Of a stretch of DNA of 64,000 nucleotides, positions 54,950-64,000 are shown one piece after another; positions within the stretch are counted from its first letter, which is position 1; every line of letters starts with the position of its first letter. The stretch is from the NCBI GenBank assembly GCA_028697455.1, contig JAQVEZ010000001.1, positions 3,902 through 67,901 of the forward strand, in the 5' to 3' direction. The notes beneath the pieces were generated by a model. The model was not told where the DNA came from. It made no database searches and saw only the letters and a list, made by a program, of their open reading frames with translations. Origin of the DNA: Minisyncoccota bacterium (GTDB lineage: Bacteria; Patescibacteriota; Minisyncoccia; Phycocordibacterales; UBA1006). The position numbers and the translations under genes are program-made.

Positions 54950-56887
54950 TTAAAAATTAAGATATTCTGGGTTTATTCGTATTTCAGATTTTAAAGAAAG
55001 AGGGGAGAGTAAAGAAGAGATTTTTTGATCTTGATAGTAGTAATTCCAGTTTTCGGTGTCTACTTTAAGGTAAACATAAAGAGAGAGAAAAGATTTCTTT
55101 TTACTATTTTCGACGTTTATTTCTGGGGAATAGTCTTTTAAAAGATTCTGCATTTTTTGGTACTCTCTCTTGAGATAAACTCTCGGAATTTCTTTTTTTA
55201 TGGCGATGAGTGTTTTATAAGGAGGGAAGGAAAGCTCTTTCATTGTTTGGAGTTCTTTTTTGATAAATGAAGAAAAAATTCCATTTTGAAGGATTGGAAG
55301 ATTTTCGGCAACAATATTTTTTATTTGAAGGAGCACTTTCCTTTCGGTTTTTTCGATAATAGTTGATACCAGTTTGAGTATTTTTGTTGCTAAGGAGCGA
55401 TGAAGAATTGCAAAATAAGGGTCAATCGAAACAAGAATACTGGAGGAGATGTTCTTAAGGAAGGGAAAAGCTTTTGTTGTTCCAATAATAAGAAGCCCTT
55501 GCTCTTTGGAGAGTTTTTCTTTGAGACTTTCTTGTTGTTTTTTTGTTTTGATATGATCACCATCTATACAGAGTATTTTTGCTTTTGGATATTTCTTGAT
55601 TAAACTCTGTTCAAGAGACTGGGTTCCTGTTCCAAGAAGGTTAAGGTTATTTCCTGAGCAAAATTGGCAGGTATCGAAAGCAGGCATTTTTTCACCTGTT
55701 TGTTTGGCTATAAAGACATATTCGATGCCTTTTGCTCCTTTCTTTGAAAAGAGAGAAAGAGGATGCCCTGTGTTTGGCGACCGCGCAATATTTCCGCAAT
55801 CATTACAATGAATTACAGAAGCAAGTCCTTTTTTGGGAACGAAGAGGAATAAGTTTTTCTTTTCTTTGAGAGATTGTTCTATGAGCATTTTTGCATCCCC
55901 TCCAAGAATTTCAAAAGAGTTCTTTTTTACCAGTTCTTGATATCGTTCGGTATCAGTTTTTTTCTTTTCATGAGGGAGATAATTTTTGCTAAGGATGAGT
56001 TTTTCTTCTTTAAAAATTTTTTTAATATGAGGGTCAATAAGATCTGCTTCTCGGTTTCTGATCTTGTACCATATTTCTGGTCTGATAATGCTATCAGCGC
56101 TTATGAGAGAGAGGGAAGATTCTTTTGCATACACCTCAATGAAATCTCTCATATCAACAAAAGGAGAAGAAAATCCAATATAATGTTCAGATGATGCTTC
56201 CTCAAGGATGAGAGTACTTTGCTGATGCTGATAGGTGTCTATAAAAAGAGGAGTGCTAATGAGGAGAGTCGGAGATTCTTCTTGGGTGATTTTTTTGAAA
56301 GTACTTTTTGCTTTTGTCTGTGAAAGCCCACTATGAAGAAAAAAACATTTTTCTTCGATATTTTTTGAGAGCTCGGCATAAAGAAAATCAACGTCTTCTT
56401 TCGTTGGAGAAATAATGTGAAGAGACTCTCCATGGAGAACTTTTTCTCGAATGAGACTTCGGTAAAAAATAATTCGATCGTTTTTTTTCTGATGAAGGAC
56501 TGAGTGTTGATACGAAGCATTTTTAATATTTTTTCTCAAGGGAAGTGCGAGGGTTTCTTTTTGTAACCATGTGGGACTTGTTTCGTTGATTATTTTTCCT
56601 GTTGTTGTGAGGTAAAAATTTTTTAGCTGAGAGCAGGTTTTGAGAAAAGCGGGTGAAAAAAGAGCGTGATCGTAAACCTCGAGAACATTTCTCATCTTAA
56701 AAGAAGCTTGTTTGATTTGAGCCTTGAGATTAATGAGTTCTTTCGTTTCTGTAACAAGGGCAAGGACTTCTTTTTTTCTAAGAGGAACTTTTACGAGCTG
56801 CCCAGGAGACACTTTTTTTGCTGAAAAATAACTTAAGGTTTCTAGTCGGGCTGATTTTGCTATGGGAATTACTTCGAGAATCTGCAT
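54950..56887 (-). CDS. priA: Primosomal protein N' (PriA)-like protein with degenerate helicase motifs
   Basis: N-terminal 3'-DNA-binding-domain-like region (MQILEVIPIAKSARLETLSYFSAKKVSPGQLVKVPLRKKEVLALV) and a Cys4 zinc ribbon (CNDCGN...CQFCSGN). The position where Walker A (GxxGSGKT) is expected reads IIFYRSLIREKV, and the DEEH position reads LEEASSEH. Confidence 0.55.
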   Translation of the reverse strand: MQILEVIPIAKSARLETLSYFSAKKVSPGQLVKVPLRKKEVLALVTETKELINLKAQIKQASFKMRNVLEVYDHALFSPAFLKTCSQLKNFYLTTTGKIINETSPTWLQKETLALPLRKNIKNASYQHSVLHQKKNDRIIFYRSLIREKVLHGESLHIISPTKEDVDFLYAELSKNIEEKCFFLHSGLSQTKAKSTFKKITQEESPTLLISTPLFIDTYQHQQSTLILEEASSEHYIGFSSPFVDMRDFIEVYAKESSLSLISADSIIRPEIWYKIRNREADLIDPHIKKIFKEEKLILSKNYLPHEKKKTDTERYQELVKKNSFEILGGDAKMLIEQSLKEKKNLFLFVPKKGLASVIHCNDCGNIARSPNTGHPLSLFSKKGAKGIEYVFIAKQTGEKMPAFDTCQFCSGNNLNLLGTGTQSLEQSLIKKYPKAKILCIDGDHIKTKKQQESLKEKLSKEQGLLIIGTTKAFPFLKNISSSILVSIDPYFAILHRSLATKILKLVSTIIEKTERKVLLQIKNIVAENLPILQNGIFSSFIKKELQTMKELSFPPYKTLIAIKKEIPRVYLKREYQKMQNLLKDYSPEINVENSKKKSFLSLYVYLKVDTENWNYYYQDQKISSLLSPLSLKSEIRINPEYLNF

Positions 56888-56958
56888 GTTCTTAAGTATA
56901 CGTTTAAAACACCAAGCATCAAGAAAACCCCTCCAATGAAGAAGGGGTTTTTATTCAT

Positions 56959-57501
56959 TTATTTCGGAAAGACAATGATCCCTTTCATTTTGGGATTATT
57001 GCCTTTTGTAAAAAATGGGGAAAGAGATGTTTTTCCATAAGGAAATCTCTTGAGAATTATCATAAAATCCTCCAGAAGGACATAGATATTCTCTCCGTTC
57101 TCTTTGATTTCCTTGTCGGTCATTAGCCCCTTAAGAATACGTACTCCGGCAATGGGGGAGACTCTTTGAATATTTTCAAAATCAGATAAAGATTTCTCTC
57201 CTTCGATTTCTTTGATCTCGTAAGAAGGAGAAATCATTTTTTCATCCTCCATGTCTTCTCCGAGAAACGCAAAGAGATGAGAACTTATCATATAATCTCC
57301 ACGAGACTCTCTTTTTATTATTTTAAGAAGATCGTCAACTTCCTCCGAGAGAGTTCTTTTGTTTTTCTTTTGGTCATTCTTTTCAAGAAATTCTTTGAGG
57401 TCTTTCACCTCAATTTCTTCTTTGATTAAACTGTCTTTGAGTTGTTGTAAGAGAGTATGAATTTCCCCTCCTATCTCAAGACCTTTTATGATCTCAACCA
57501 T
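56959..57501 (-). CDS. Hypothetical protein
   Basis: 180-aa acidic ORF; no motif recognised. Confidence 0.3.
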   Translation of the reverse strand: MVEIIKGLEIGGEIHTLLQQLKDSLIKEEIEVKDLKEFLEKNDQKKNKRTLSEEVDDLLKIIKRESRGDYMISSHLFAFLGEDMEDEKMISPSYEIKEIEGEKSLSDFENIQRVSPIAGVRILKGLMTDKEIKENGENIYVLLEDFMIILKRFPYGKTSLSPFFTKGNNPKMKGIIVFPK

Positions 57502-57593
57502 ATATAATTTTTTTATATATTTTGTATTTTTTTCTTAATCTTGTCAAATTTTCCAACGCTAGAAAAAAACCTTTAGCGTGCTATGATATCCCT

Positions 57594-58604
57594 ATGTCAT
57601 TATTTGGAAAGAAAATTGGAATAGATCTTGGTACGACAAATATCCTTGTGTATGTCCCTAAAAAAGGAGTTATCCTCGATGAACCTTCAGTCGTTGCGAT
57701 TTCGATTCAAGACAATAAAGTTCTTGCAATTGGAAGTGAAGCAAAACAGATGATAGGGAAGACCCCAGAAGAAATTATTGCTTACCGACCTATGAAAGAT
57801 GGGGTTATCGCTGATTACAAGGTTACCGAAAAGATGCTCGAATACTATTTTGAGAAAGCTTTGGGGAAATGGAATATTTGGAAACCAGATGTGCTCCTCT
57901 CTGTTCCAGCAGGGATTTCTTCGACCGAGAGACGAGCCGTTATCGAGGCAGCTCTTAAGGCGGGAGCAAAAAATGCGTATGTGGTTAAGGAGCCAATTCT
58001 TGCTGCAATTGGAGCAGGGATTTCAATTCATGAGCCAAATGGATATATGATTATTGATATTGGAGGAGGGACTATTGATATTGCTGTGATTTCTCTTGGA
58101 GGTATTGTTGCCTCAACCTCGGTAAAATGTGCGGGGAGAAAGCTTGATGCCGCAATTATTGATTACCTCAAGAAGACTTATAATCTCGCTATTGGAGACC
58201 GAACTGCAGAAAAAATAAAAGTAAAAATCGGATCAGCTCTTCCTATGGATGAAGAGCTTGAGGTGATTGTAAAGGGAAGGGACTATGTGACAGGGCTCCC
58301 ACGTTCTATCAAGATCTCTACCAATGAAATAACCAAAGCTATTGAAAACGAACTCAAGACCATGATTCAAGCAATCAAGGACGTTCTTGCTCAAGTACCT
58401 CCTGAGCTTGCGTCTGATATTATTGATAACGGAATAACCTTGACTGGGGGAACTTCACAATTGCGAAACCTCACTGAGCTTATCCACCGAAGAACAGGAG
58501 TAAAAGCTGAAGTTGTTGATGACCCACTTTTTTGCGTTGCACGAGGAACAGGAATTGCCTTGGAACATCTTGATACTTATAAAAAAGCAATTATTAGTAA
58601 ATAA
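57594..58604 (+). CDS. mreB: Rod-shape-determining protein MreB
   Basis: IGIDLGTTNILVYV, actin-fold phosphate motifs, IIDIGGGTIDIAV. Start placed at MSLFGKK, 7 nt after an extended -10 (TGCTATGAT). Confidence 0.85.
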   Translation: MSLFGKKIGIDLGTTNILVYVPKKGVILDEPSVVAISIQDNKVLAIGSEAKQMIGKTPEEIIAYRPMKDGVIADYKVTEKMLEYYFEKALGKWNIWKPDVLLSVPAGISSTERRAVIEAALKAGAKNAYVVKEPILAAIGAGISIHEPNGYMIIDIGGGTIDIAVISLGGIVASTSVKCAGRKLDAAIIDYLKKTYNLAIGDRTAEKIKVKIGSALPMDEELEVIVKGRDYVTGLPRSIKISTNEITKAIENELKTMIQAIKDVLAQVPPELASDIIDNGITLTGGTSQLRNLTELIHRRTGVKAEVVDDPLFCVARGTGIALEHLDTYKKAIISK

Positions 58605-58633
58605 TAATTGCTTTTAGTTTGAGAGGAAAAATA

Positions 58634-58668
58634 AAAAGCACTTCATTAAAGAAGCGCTTTTTTGTAAG
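58634..58668. terminator. Bidirectional hairpin terminator (aaaagcacttc...gaagcgctttt)
   Basis: Inverted repeat flanked by A/T runs after mreB. Confidence 0.45.
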
Positions 58669-58685
58669 TTTTTAGAATTTTATTT

Positions 58686-59183
58686 TTATTTTTCTTTTCG
58701 AAGAATATATTCATCGCTCCAAGTATCATCAAGATATACCCCAGTCGTACATGCTGATAATTCACTGCGAGTGTCGCACCATAAATGAACTTCGCAATTA
58801 GTCTCTGACATATTCTTAGTTGAAAGAAAAATAATGATGCCGCGGTTATCAGCTGGAACTTGGTCATTTTTCACAAATTCTACAAACATGTCAAGAGCCT
58901 GTCGAATTGGGAGTCTCACTGCTCGATCGTGGTTAAGAAGCTCTCTTTCTGTTGTCTCCTTTTTTAAAAGTTCAATTGAAGGTGAGAATTCAATGTATTC
59001 TTCGGTATTAGCTTTTTTGTGATCAAACCAGTTGAGAATGTCTTTATCAATATACCAATTGTTTGGTGCTTTTTTTTGGAAAACCTCCTTAAGGTTTTCT
59101 ACTTTTTGAAAAAGTGTTTGAAGTTCTCTTTCTTTTTGTTTTAAAATCTCCCAACTCAGTTTGGGTTTTTTTGTTTTCTTCAT
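58686..59183 (-). CDS. Hypothetical protein
   Basis: 165-aa ORF, basic N-terminus, three Cys near the C-terminus; no motif recognised. Confidence 0.3.
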   Translation of the reverse strand: MKKTKKPKLSWEILKQKERELQTLFQKVENLKEVFQKKAPNNWYIDKDILNWFDHKKANTEEYIEFSPSIELLKKETTERELLNHDRAVRLPIRQALDMFVEFVKNDQVPADNRGIIIFLSTKNMSETNCEVHLWCDTRSELSACTTGVYLDDTWSDEYILRKEK

Positions 59184-59295
59184 TGTATAAGGTCTTTGTA
59201 GTTAATATGATTCTTTTTTATTGATTTGTCAATGATTTATTTGATGAGGAAAGAGTTTTATTTTTTTTAGAGATTTTTGTTATACTGTTTTTATT

Positions 59296-59955
59296 ATGGA
59301 AAAATTGAAAAAAATATTTTCCACCTATCCTTTGCCTCATCATGCTTATGGTATTGAAACAGCAGAGCATATTGGAGAGAATGTTGCTTCTTTTTTTGAG
59401 AAAGACCAGCTTGCTTTTGTGTACCACCATCGATATAAAAACCTTAGTATTGATGATGCTCGATCTCTTCGACTTCTCCAATCAGAAAAAACAGAGAAAA
59501 TGTTTATTTTTGTTTTGGAATTTTCAACAATCCATTATGAGGCACAAAATGCACTCCTTAAGGTTCTCGAAGAGCCAAGTGCTCACACCCATTTTATTTT
59601 GATTTTTCCGAGGGCTGATATTTTGCTTCCGACACTTCGTTCTCGACTTGAGATGGTTTTTCTAGAAAAAAATTCTCTATCACAAGAAAATGGAGATCTT
59701 TCTCCTAAAGAGTTTGTGGCAATGTCACTTGAAGATCGACTTGGTCTTATTAAAAAAATAACTGATAAAAAACAAGGGCATCCTTTTGATCTTGGGTCTT
59801 ATTTTCTTTTCCTTGATCACCTTGAACAGTATCTTCATCAAAACAACAATATCTCTCGCGAAAAGGCAGAGGCCTTGTGGAGTGCACGAAGTTTTGCTGA
59901 CAAGAAAGGAGCATCACTTAAAATGGGGCTGGAATATCTTGCTCTGTACCTTTAA
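59296..59955 (+). CDS. holB: DNA polymerase III delta'-subunit-like (clamp-loader AAA+ fold lacking Walker A)
   Basis: NALLKVLEEP (sensor-1 region) and TLRSRL (SRC motif) present; no P-loop. Confidence 0.5.
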   Translation: MEKLKKIFSTYPLPHHAYGIETAEHIGENVASFFEKDQLAFVYHHRYKNLSIDDARSLRLLQSEKTEKMFIFVLEFSTIHYEAQNALLKVLEEPSAHTHFILIFPRADILLPTLRSRLEMVFLEKNSLSQENGDLSPKEFVAMSLEDRLGLIKKITDKKQGHPFDLGSYFLFLDHLEQYLHQNNNISREKAEALWSARSFADKKGASLKMGLEYLALYL

Positions 59956-60001
59956 AAAACAAAAACTTGCGAGTTTGTGGAGCTCATTATATTATAGAGA
60001 T

Positions 60002-60556
60002 ATGAATTTTGATTTTAGTCTAGCTGATAAGGCTTTTGAAGAAGTAATTGAATTTTTGAAAAAAGAATTTCGACAAATCTCAACAGGAAGAGCAAATCCG
60101 GCACTTCTTGATAGTATTGTGGTTGATTCTTATGGATCACTTCAGCCCATTAAAAATATCGCATCTTTAAATGTCGAAGATGCACGTACTTTGCGGATAA
60201 GCCCATGGGATGGAAGCCAAGTGAAAGCAATAGAAAAAGCGATTGTTGATTCTTCGCTTCCTTTTTCTGTGAGCTCTGATGGAACAGGAGTAAGAGTACA
60301 CATTCCACAAATGACAGAGGAATCAAAAAAATCAATACTCAAAGTTCTCAAGGATAAGCTCGAAGACGCACGTGTCCGAGTTCGTAATGTGCGCCACGAC
60401 ACGCTCAAAAAAATAGATGACGGAGAAGCAGAGGGTCTTTATGCTGAAGACGCTAAGAACACTTTCAAGGAAGAGCTTCAAAAAAAGGTTGACGGTATTA
60501 ACAAAGAATTAGAAACCATTTATCAGGAAAAAGAAACTGATATTATGTCTGTATAG
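60002..60556 (+). CDS. frr: Ribosome recycling factor
   Basis: MNFDFSLADKAFEEVIEFLKKEFRQISTGRANPALLDSI... is a full-length RRF. Start chosen at the internal ATG at ~60002; the ORF-track upstream extension overlaps holB. Confidence 0.88.
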   Translation: MNFDFSLADKAFEEVIEFLKKEFRQISTGRANPALLDSIVVDSYGSLQPIKNIASLNVEDARTLRISPWDGSQVKAIEKAIVDSSLPFSVSSDGTGVRVHIPQMTEESKKSILKVLKDKLEDARVRVRNVRHDTLKKIDDGEAEGLYAEDAKNTFKEELQKKVDGINKELETIYQEKETDIMSV

Positions 60557-60558
60557 CT

Positions 60559-61656
60559 ATGAATATTCTTGTTTTTATTATTGTTTTGGGAATTCTTATT
60601 TTTGTCCACGAGCTTGGGCATTTTTCCTTTGCAAAATTATTTAAAATTCGAGTTGATGAGTTCGGGTTTGGGTACCCTCCTCGGATAGCAAAAATCGGAA
60701 AATGGAAGGAGACAGTTCTGACTATTAATTGGATTCCTTTTGGAGGTTTTGTAAAAATTTTTGGAGAAGCTGATGATGGGAGAGAGCTAAGTGATCAAGA
60801 GAAAAAAGAATCTCTGATTTACAAACCTCGTTGGCAGCAATTTCTCGTTATGTTTGCCGGGGTTCTGTTTAACTTTTTGTTTGCATGGTTACTCTTTTCA
60901 GCACTTTATTTTTCAGGGGTTACCGCGTCTCTTTCGTCGGTTCCAGAGAATTATAAGGTTCATGATACTCGAGTTGTTGTGAGTTCAATTTCAGAAGGTT
61001 CACCTGCCTTTGAAGCAGGGTTACAAGCAGGAGATGAGATCAAGGAGCTCTTTTCTCAAGATTTTCAAATTCCAATGACAGTAGAAAATATAGATGAAAA
61101 TATTGGATTCTTTAATGAACAGGGAGAAAAAGGGGAAGAGGCTGGTCTTGTTGTTTTAAGAGACGGGGAACTTACTATTATTGAAGTTCAGCCCGTTGAA
61201 GATATCATTCCTGGAAAGTATGGAATTGGTATCGCAATTGATAAGGTGGGGAAATTAGATTTAAATGTTGTTCAGGCTGTATCTCTTGGTTTCAAAAATA
61301 CACTCTTTATGACAAAAGAAATTGCTCTCAGCTTTTGGCACCTGATTACAGGTTCAATTTCTTTTGATAATGTTTCTGGCCCTGTTGGTATTGTCAAACA
61401 AATAGGGCAAGCAAGTTCGATTGGATTTTCATATCTCATTTCTTTTACAGCACTTTTGTCTATTAATCTTGCGATTTTGAATTTGATACCTTTTCCAGCA
61501 CTTGATGGAGGGAGAATCCTGGTGATTCTCATCGAATCAATTATTCGAAAAAGGATAAAACCAGTTATTACTAACTGGATCAACATTGTCGGTTTTTTTG
61601 TACTGATTCTTCTTATGGTCGTTGTCACCGTGAAAGATATTATTGGTCTTTTTTAA
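60559..61656 (+). CDS. rseP: RIP (site-2) zinc metalloprotease RseP-like
   Basis: HELGHF (HExxH) in TM1, PDZ domain, LNLIPFPALDGG (LDG motif). Confidence 0.85.
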   Translation: MNILVFIIVLGILIFVHELGHFSFAKLFKIRVDEFGFGYPPRIAKIGKWKETVLTINWIPFGGFVKIFGEADDGRELSDQEKKESLIYKPRWQQFLVMFAGVLFNFLFAWLLFSALYFSGVTASLSSVPENYKVHDTRVVVSSISEGSPAFEAGLQAGDEIKELFSQDFQIPMTVENIDENIGFFNEQGEKGEEAGLVVLRDGELTIIEVQPVEDIIPGKYGIGIAIDKVGKLDLNVVQAVSLGFKNTLFMTKEIALSFWHLITGSISFDNVSGPVGIVKQIGQASSIGFSYLISFTALLSINLAILNLIPFPALDGGRILVILIESIIRKRIKPVITNWINIVGFFVLILLMVVVTVKDIIGLF

Positions 61657-61657
61657 A

Positions 61658-61692
61658 AAACACCTTGTAAGGGTGTTTTTTATTTTGAAAGA
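61658..61692. terminator. Bidirectional hairpin terminator (acaccttgtaagggtgt followed by T's)
   Basis: Inverted repeat between convergent rseP and murD. Confidence 0.45.
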
Positions 61693-63053
61693 TTTGTTTT
61701 TACATTTTTGATAAATTCGTCATTTCTTTCGTATTCGTTTTTGAAAACCCCAAAGGACGCTGCGCCAGGTGAAAGAATAATGATATCTCCTGGTTCGGCA
61801 TGATCAAGAGCAATGTTCATCGCTGTTTTCATGTTGATAACCTCCGTAAATCGTTCAGAGCGAGGAGGAAAACACTCGCGAATTTTATCGGTTGCGGTCC
61901 CCGAAAAGAGCAGCGTATATTTGATATTACGTGCAATGTATTTTGCCATGTTTTGATAGTGAGCTTCTTTGTCAAAACCACCGGCAAGAAGAATAATATC
62001 TTTATCGGGATATTGTTTTTTAAGAGACTGAAGAGAGAGCACCGTCGATTCTGGTGCTGTTGAGTTGTTATCGTTAAAAAAGAGAATATTTTCTTTTGAA
62101 GATCCAAGATATTGGAATCTCCCTTCAACCCCTTTAAAATCAGCAAAAGCCTCTTTTATTTTAGCATTTGGAATTCCGAGAAGTTTTCCCACCTCAAAAG
62201 CTTGAGCAATGTTTTTTTCGTTATGTTTTCCAAAAATCCCAATAGCCCACGATTTGAGAATATTTTTAAATCGTGCAATTTTCTTTTTTGAAAGAATTGT
62301 TTTTTTATAATATTTTTTGATGGCCTTTTGTGATCCATGAGTTACCACAAGAAAATCATCTTCTCCCTGATGAGCAAAAATTGCAGACTTATCCTTAAAA
62401 TAATCCTTCATTGAGCCATTGTAGTAGTTCATATGATCTTCAAAAAAATTAGTAAAGACCGCAATGTGGGGAGATATTTTAAGTGAGTTGAACCCTTGCA
62501 GCTGCCAAGAATCAAGCTCGGCAAGAATAATGTCACCATCTTTGATTTTTTTAAGAAGGGAGAAATTCGAAACACCTTTTACATTACCTGCAAGATGGTA
62601 AGGGAGTTGTTCTTTTTTTAAGAGGGCTTCGATAAGTCCCAGGGTAGTGGACTTTCCTTTTGTCCCCGTAACACCAATAAAAGTAAATTTGATATTTTCT
62701 TTTTTGAGAATATCAATAACAAAAGCAAGCGACATGTGAACAGGGGTTCCTTCCTTGAGAGCGGTTTCAATATATTTATTTTCAAGAGAGATTCCCGCAT
62801 CTTTGATAATCATATCTTTGTTTCGAAAATCACGAACTCGATACCCTCCAAGAGTGTAGGAAATATTTTTGTATTTTTTAAGTTGGCGAAGTGTTTTTGT
62901 GAGTTTTTCTTCAGGAAGGAGATTCGTTACAACGAGATTGGTTCCAGTATTAGCAAGAAAGACAATATCCTCAATATCATGGCTCATCGTTGCCGTTCCC
63001 ATAATCGTTATATGCTTCCCGCGGAAATATTGTTCATACTGAGACTTTGTCAT
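61680..63053 (-). CDS. murD: Mur ligase family protein, probably UDP-N-acetylmuramoylalanine--D-glutamate ligase
   Basis: ATP-binding FIGVTGTKGKSTT; central and C-terminal Mur ligase domains; 457 aa; divergent from murE downstream. Confidence 0.55.
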   Translation of the reverse strand: MTKSQYEQYFRGKHITIMGTATMSHDIEDIVFLANTGTNLVVTNLLPEEKLTKTLRQLKKYKNISYTLGGYRVRDFRNKDMIIKDAGISLENKYIETALKEGTPVHMSLAFVIDILKKENIKFTFIGVTGTKGKSTTLGLIEALLKKEQLPYHLAGNVKGVSNFSLLKKIKDGDIILAELDSWQLQGFNSLKISPHIAVFTNFFEDHMNYYNGSMKDYFKDKSAIFAHQGEDDFLVVTHGSQKAIKKYYKKTILSKKKIARFKNILKSWAIGIFGKHNEKNIAQAFEVGKLLGIPNAKIKEAFADFKGVEGRFQYLGSSKENILFFNDNNSTAPESTVLSLQSLKKQYPDKDIILLAGGFDKEAHYQNMAKYIARNIKYTLLFSGTATDKIRECFPPRSERFTEVINMKTAMNIALDHAEPGDIIILSPGAASFGVFKNEYERNDEFIKNVKTNLSK

Positions 63054-63129
63054 CAGACTCTAGTATACATGGATACGTTTGTATGAAAAGAAAAGTTTTT
63101 TATTTATTATTGTGTTATATAATAAAAAA

Positions 63130-64000
63130 ATGAAACTTCAGGAATTACTTTCCCATGTCATTGTCCAAAAGATTTTGGGAGCAAAAGATGTTGATATCTC
63201 CCACATATCCCAAGATAGTCGAGATATTAAAGAAAATACTCTGTTTGTCGCAACTGTTGGGACACAAGTTGATGGACATCTTTATATTTCAGAGGCAATC
63301 GAAAAAGGGGCAATAGCTATCGTTTGTGAAACATTACCTAAAATGGTTGACTCCTCTATTAGTTATATCCTTGTTGAGGATTCAAATTTTGCACTGGCTA
63401 ATATTGCTAGTAATTTTTATGGAAACCCATCTGCTGATTTGAAAATCATTGCAATTACTGGGACAAATGGGAAGACAAGTATTGCACATCTTCTTTATCA
63501 ATCCTTACTTTTTCTGGGAAAAAAAGTAGCTATTTTTTCTACAGCAGGGGATTTCGTTAATGGAGAAAAAATATTTCTTGAAAGGAAGGCTCCTACTTCA
63601 TTGGAGCTTATTGAACTTCAGAAGAACTTAAGAATGGTAAAGGATGACTATCAGTGTGAATTTGTATGTCTCGAAGCAACCTCTCACGCACTTGACCAAA
63701 ATAGATTGGGATCAACGAACGTATCTGCAGCCGTTTTTACTAATCTATCTCAAGATCATCTTAATTACCATAAGACCATAGAAAATTATGCAAAGGCGAA
63801 AAAGAAACTATTTGATCTTTTGCCAGAATCTTCTTTTGCACTCATTAATATCGACGATCCGTGGGGAACTTTTATGTTTCAAGATACTCAAGCGAGAATA
63901 TTTACTTACAGTAGCAAAAATAAAAATGAAGTTGATTATTTTTATAGTGTTCAAAAGATGGGCTTAAGGGGGAGTCGTTTTTTACTGAAAGATATATTGT
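63130..64000 (+). CDS. murE: UDP-N-acetylmuramoyl-tripeptide ligase MurE (partial, runs off window end)
   Basis: MKLQELLSHVIVQKILGAKDVDISHISQDSRDIKENTLFVA...IAITGTNGKTS...NYHKTIENYAKAKKKLF. Not in the ORF track because no stop codon falls inside the window. Confidence 0.8.
   Translation, partial: MKLQELLSHVIVQKILGAKDVDISHISQDSRDIKENTLFVATVGTQVDGHLYISEAIEKGAIAIVCETLPKMVDSSISYILVEDSNFALANIASNFYGNPSADLKIIAITGTNGKTSIAHLLYQSLLFLGKKVAIFSTAGDFVNGEKIFLERKAPTSLELIELQKNLRMVKDDYQCEFVCLEATSHALDQNRLGSTNVSAAVFTNLSQDHLNYHKTIENYAKAKKKLFDLLPESSFALINIDDPWGTFMFQDTQARIFTYSSKNKNEVDYFYSVQKMGLRGSRFLLKDIL

Noticed and set aside
59786-60001. N-terminal 72-aa extension of the frr ORF overlapping holB
   Set aside because: RRF homology starts at the internal Met (MNFDFSL). 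The upstream in-frame stretch overlaps the 3' end of the holB-like gene and has no RRF-like sequence.
1-64000. CRISPR array or cas genes
   Set aside because: No regularly spaced short direct repeats with unique spacers were seen. The only tandem repeats are the 95-bp and 191-bp tRNA-adjacent units, which lack spacer structure.
1-64000. Alternative genetic code (UGA recoding as in Gracilibacteria/Absconditabacteria)
   Set aside because: Long conserved genes (gyrA 813 aa, clpB 898 aa, fusA 714 aa, valS 720 aa) are intact with standard stops, so translation table 11 fits.

Overview
This 64-kb window looks like a core chromosomal segment of a small-genome, AT-rich bacterium, most consistent with a Candidate Phyla Radiation (CPR / Patescibacteria, Parcubacteria-like) lineage. 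The supporting signs, all read from the sequence, are: rpsE is followed directly by rplO with no L30 gene; S5 carries N- and C-terminal extensions; IF-2 is short (499 aa) and ValRS is short (720 aa); there are many small secreted 2-TM proteins; and long ORFs are intact under the standard genetic code. The housekeeping content is dense: rpsE-rplO-secY-fusA, pth, rpsA, gyrA, infB-rbfA, clpB, miaA, a mraZ-rsmH-ftsL-ftsI block, valS, tsaD, trxB, ftsA-ftsZ, ybeY, rpsU, a priA-like gene, mreB, holB-like, frr, rseP and murD/murE. There are seven tRNA genes: Leu-TAG, Lys-CTT, Leu-TAA, Cys-GCA, Tyr-GTA, Glu-CTC and Glu-TTC. Five loci stand out as accessory or unusual. (1) A 5-kb island at 12.7-17.5 kb holds six paralogous signal-peptide plus 2-TM, TrbC/VirB2-like pilin-family genes around an SPFH/band-7 gene, and one of the six is fused to a large extracellular domain. 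(2) Two paralogous BNR/Asp-box repeat secreted proteins lie 21.7 kb apart. Each has a 10-G homopolymeric tract immediately upstream of its -10 element (putative phase-variable promoters), a shared ~50-aa C-terminal domain, and a conserved terminator. (3) Tandem duplications sit next to three tRNA genes: 95 bp x2.2 at the tRNA-Leu 5' end, a 191-bp unit x1.45 at the tRNA-Tyr 3' end carrying a GC-rich structured pseudo-tRNA-like segment, and a degenerate 5' fragment upstream of tRNA-Glu. (4) A PriA homolog lacks both the Walker A and DEAH motifs. (5) A 6.5-kb cluster encodes small secreted lipid/ligand-binding-fold proteins (three YceI paralogs, META, YbaY-like, PPC/DUF296), next to a SET-domain methyltransferase. 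Many genes have an extended -10 (TGnTATACT/TATAAT) only 6-9 nt before the start codon, which suggests widespread leaderless or near-leaderless initiation. No CRISPR array, rRNA gene, integrase or transposase was recognised. Coordinates I derived by hand (tRNAs, repeats, revised starts) may be off by 1-2 nt.
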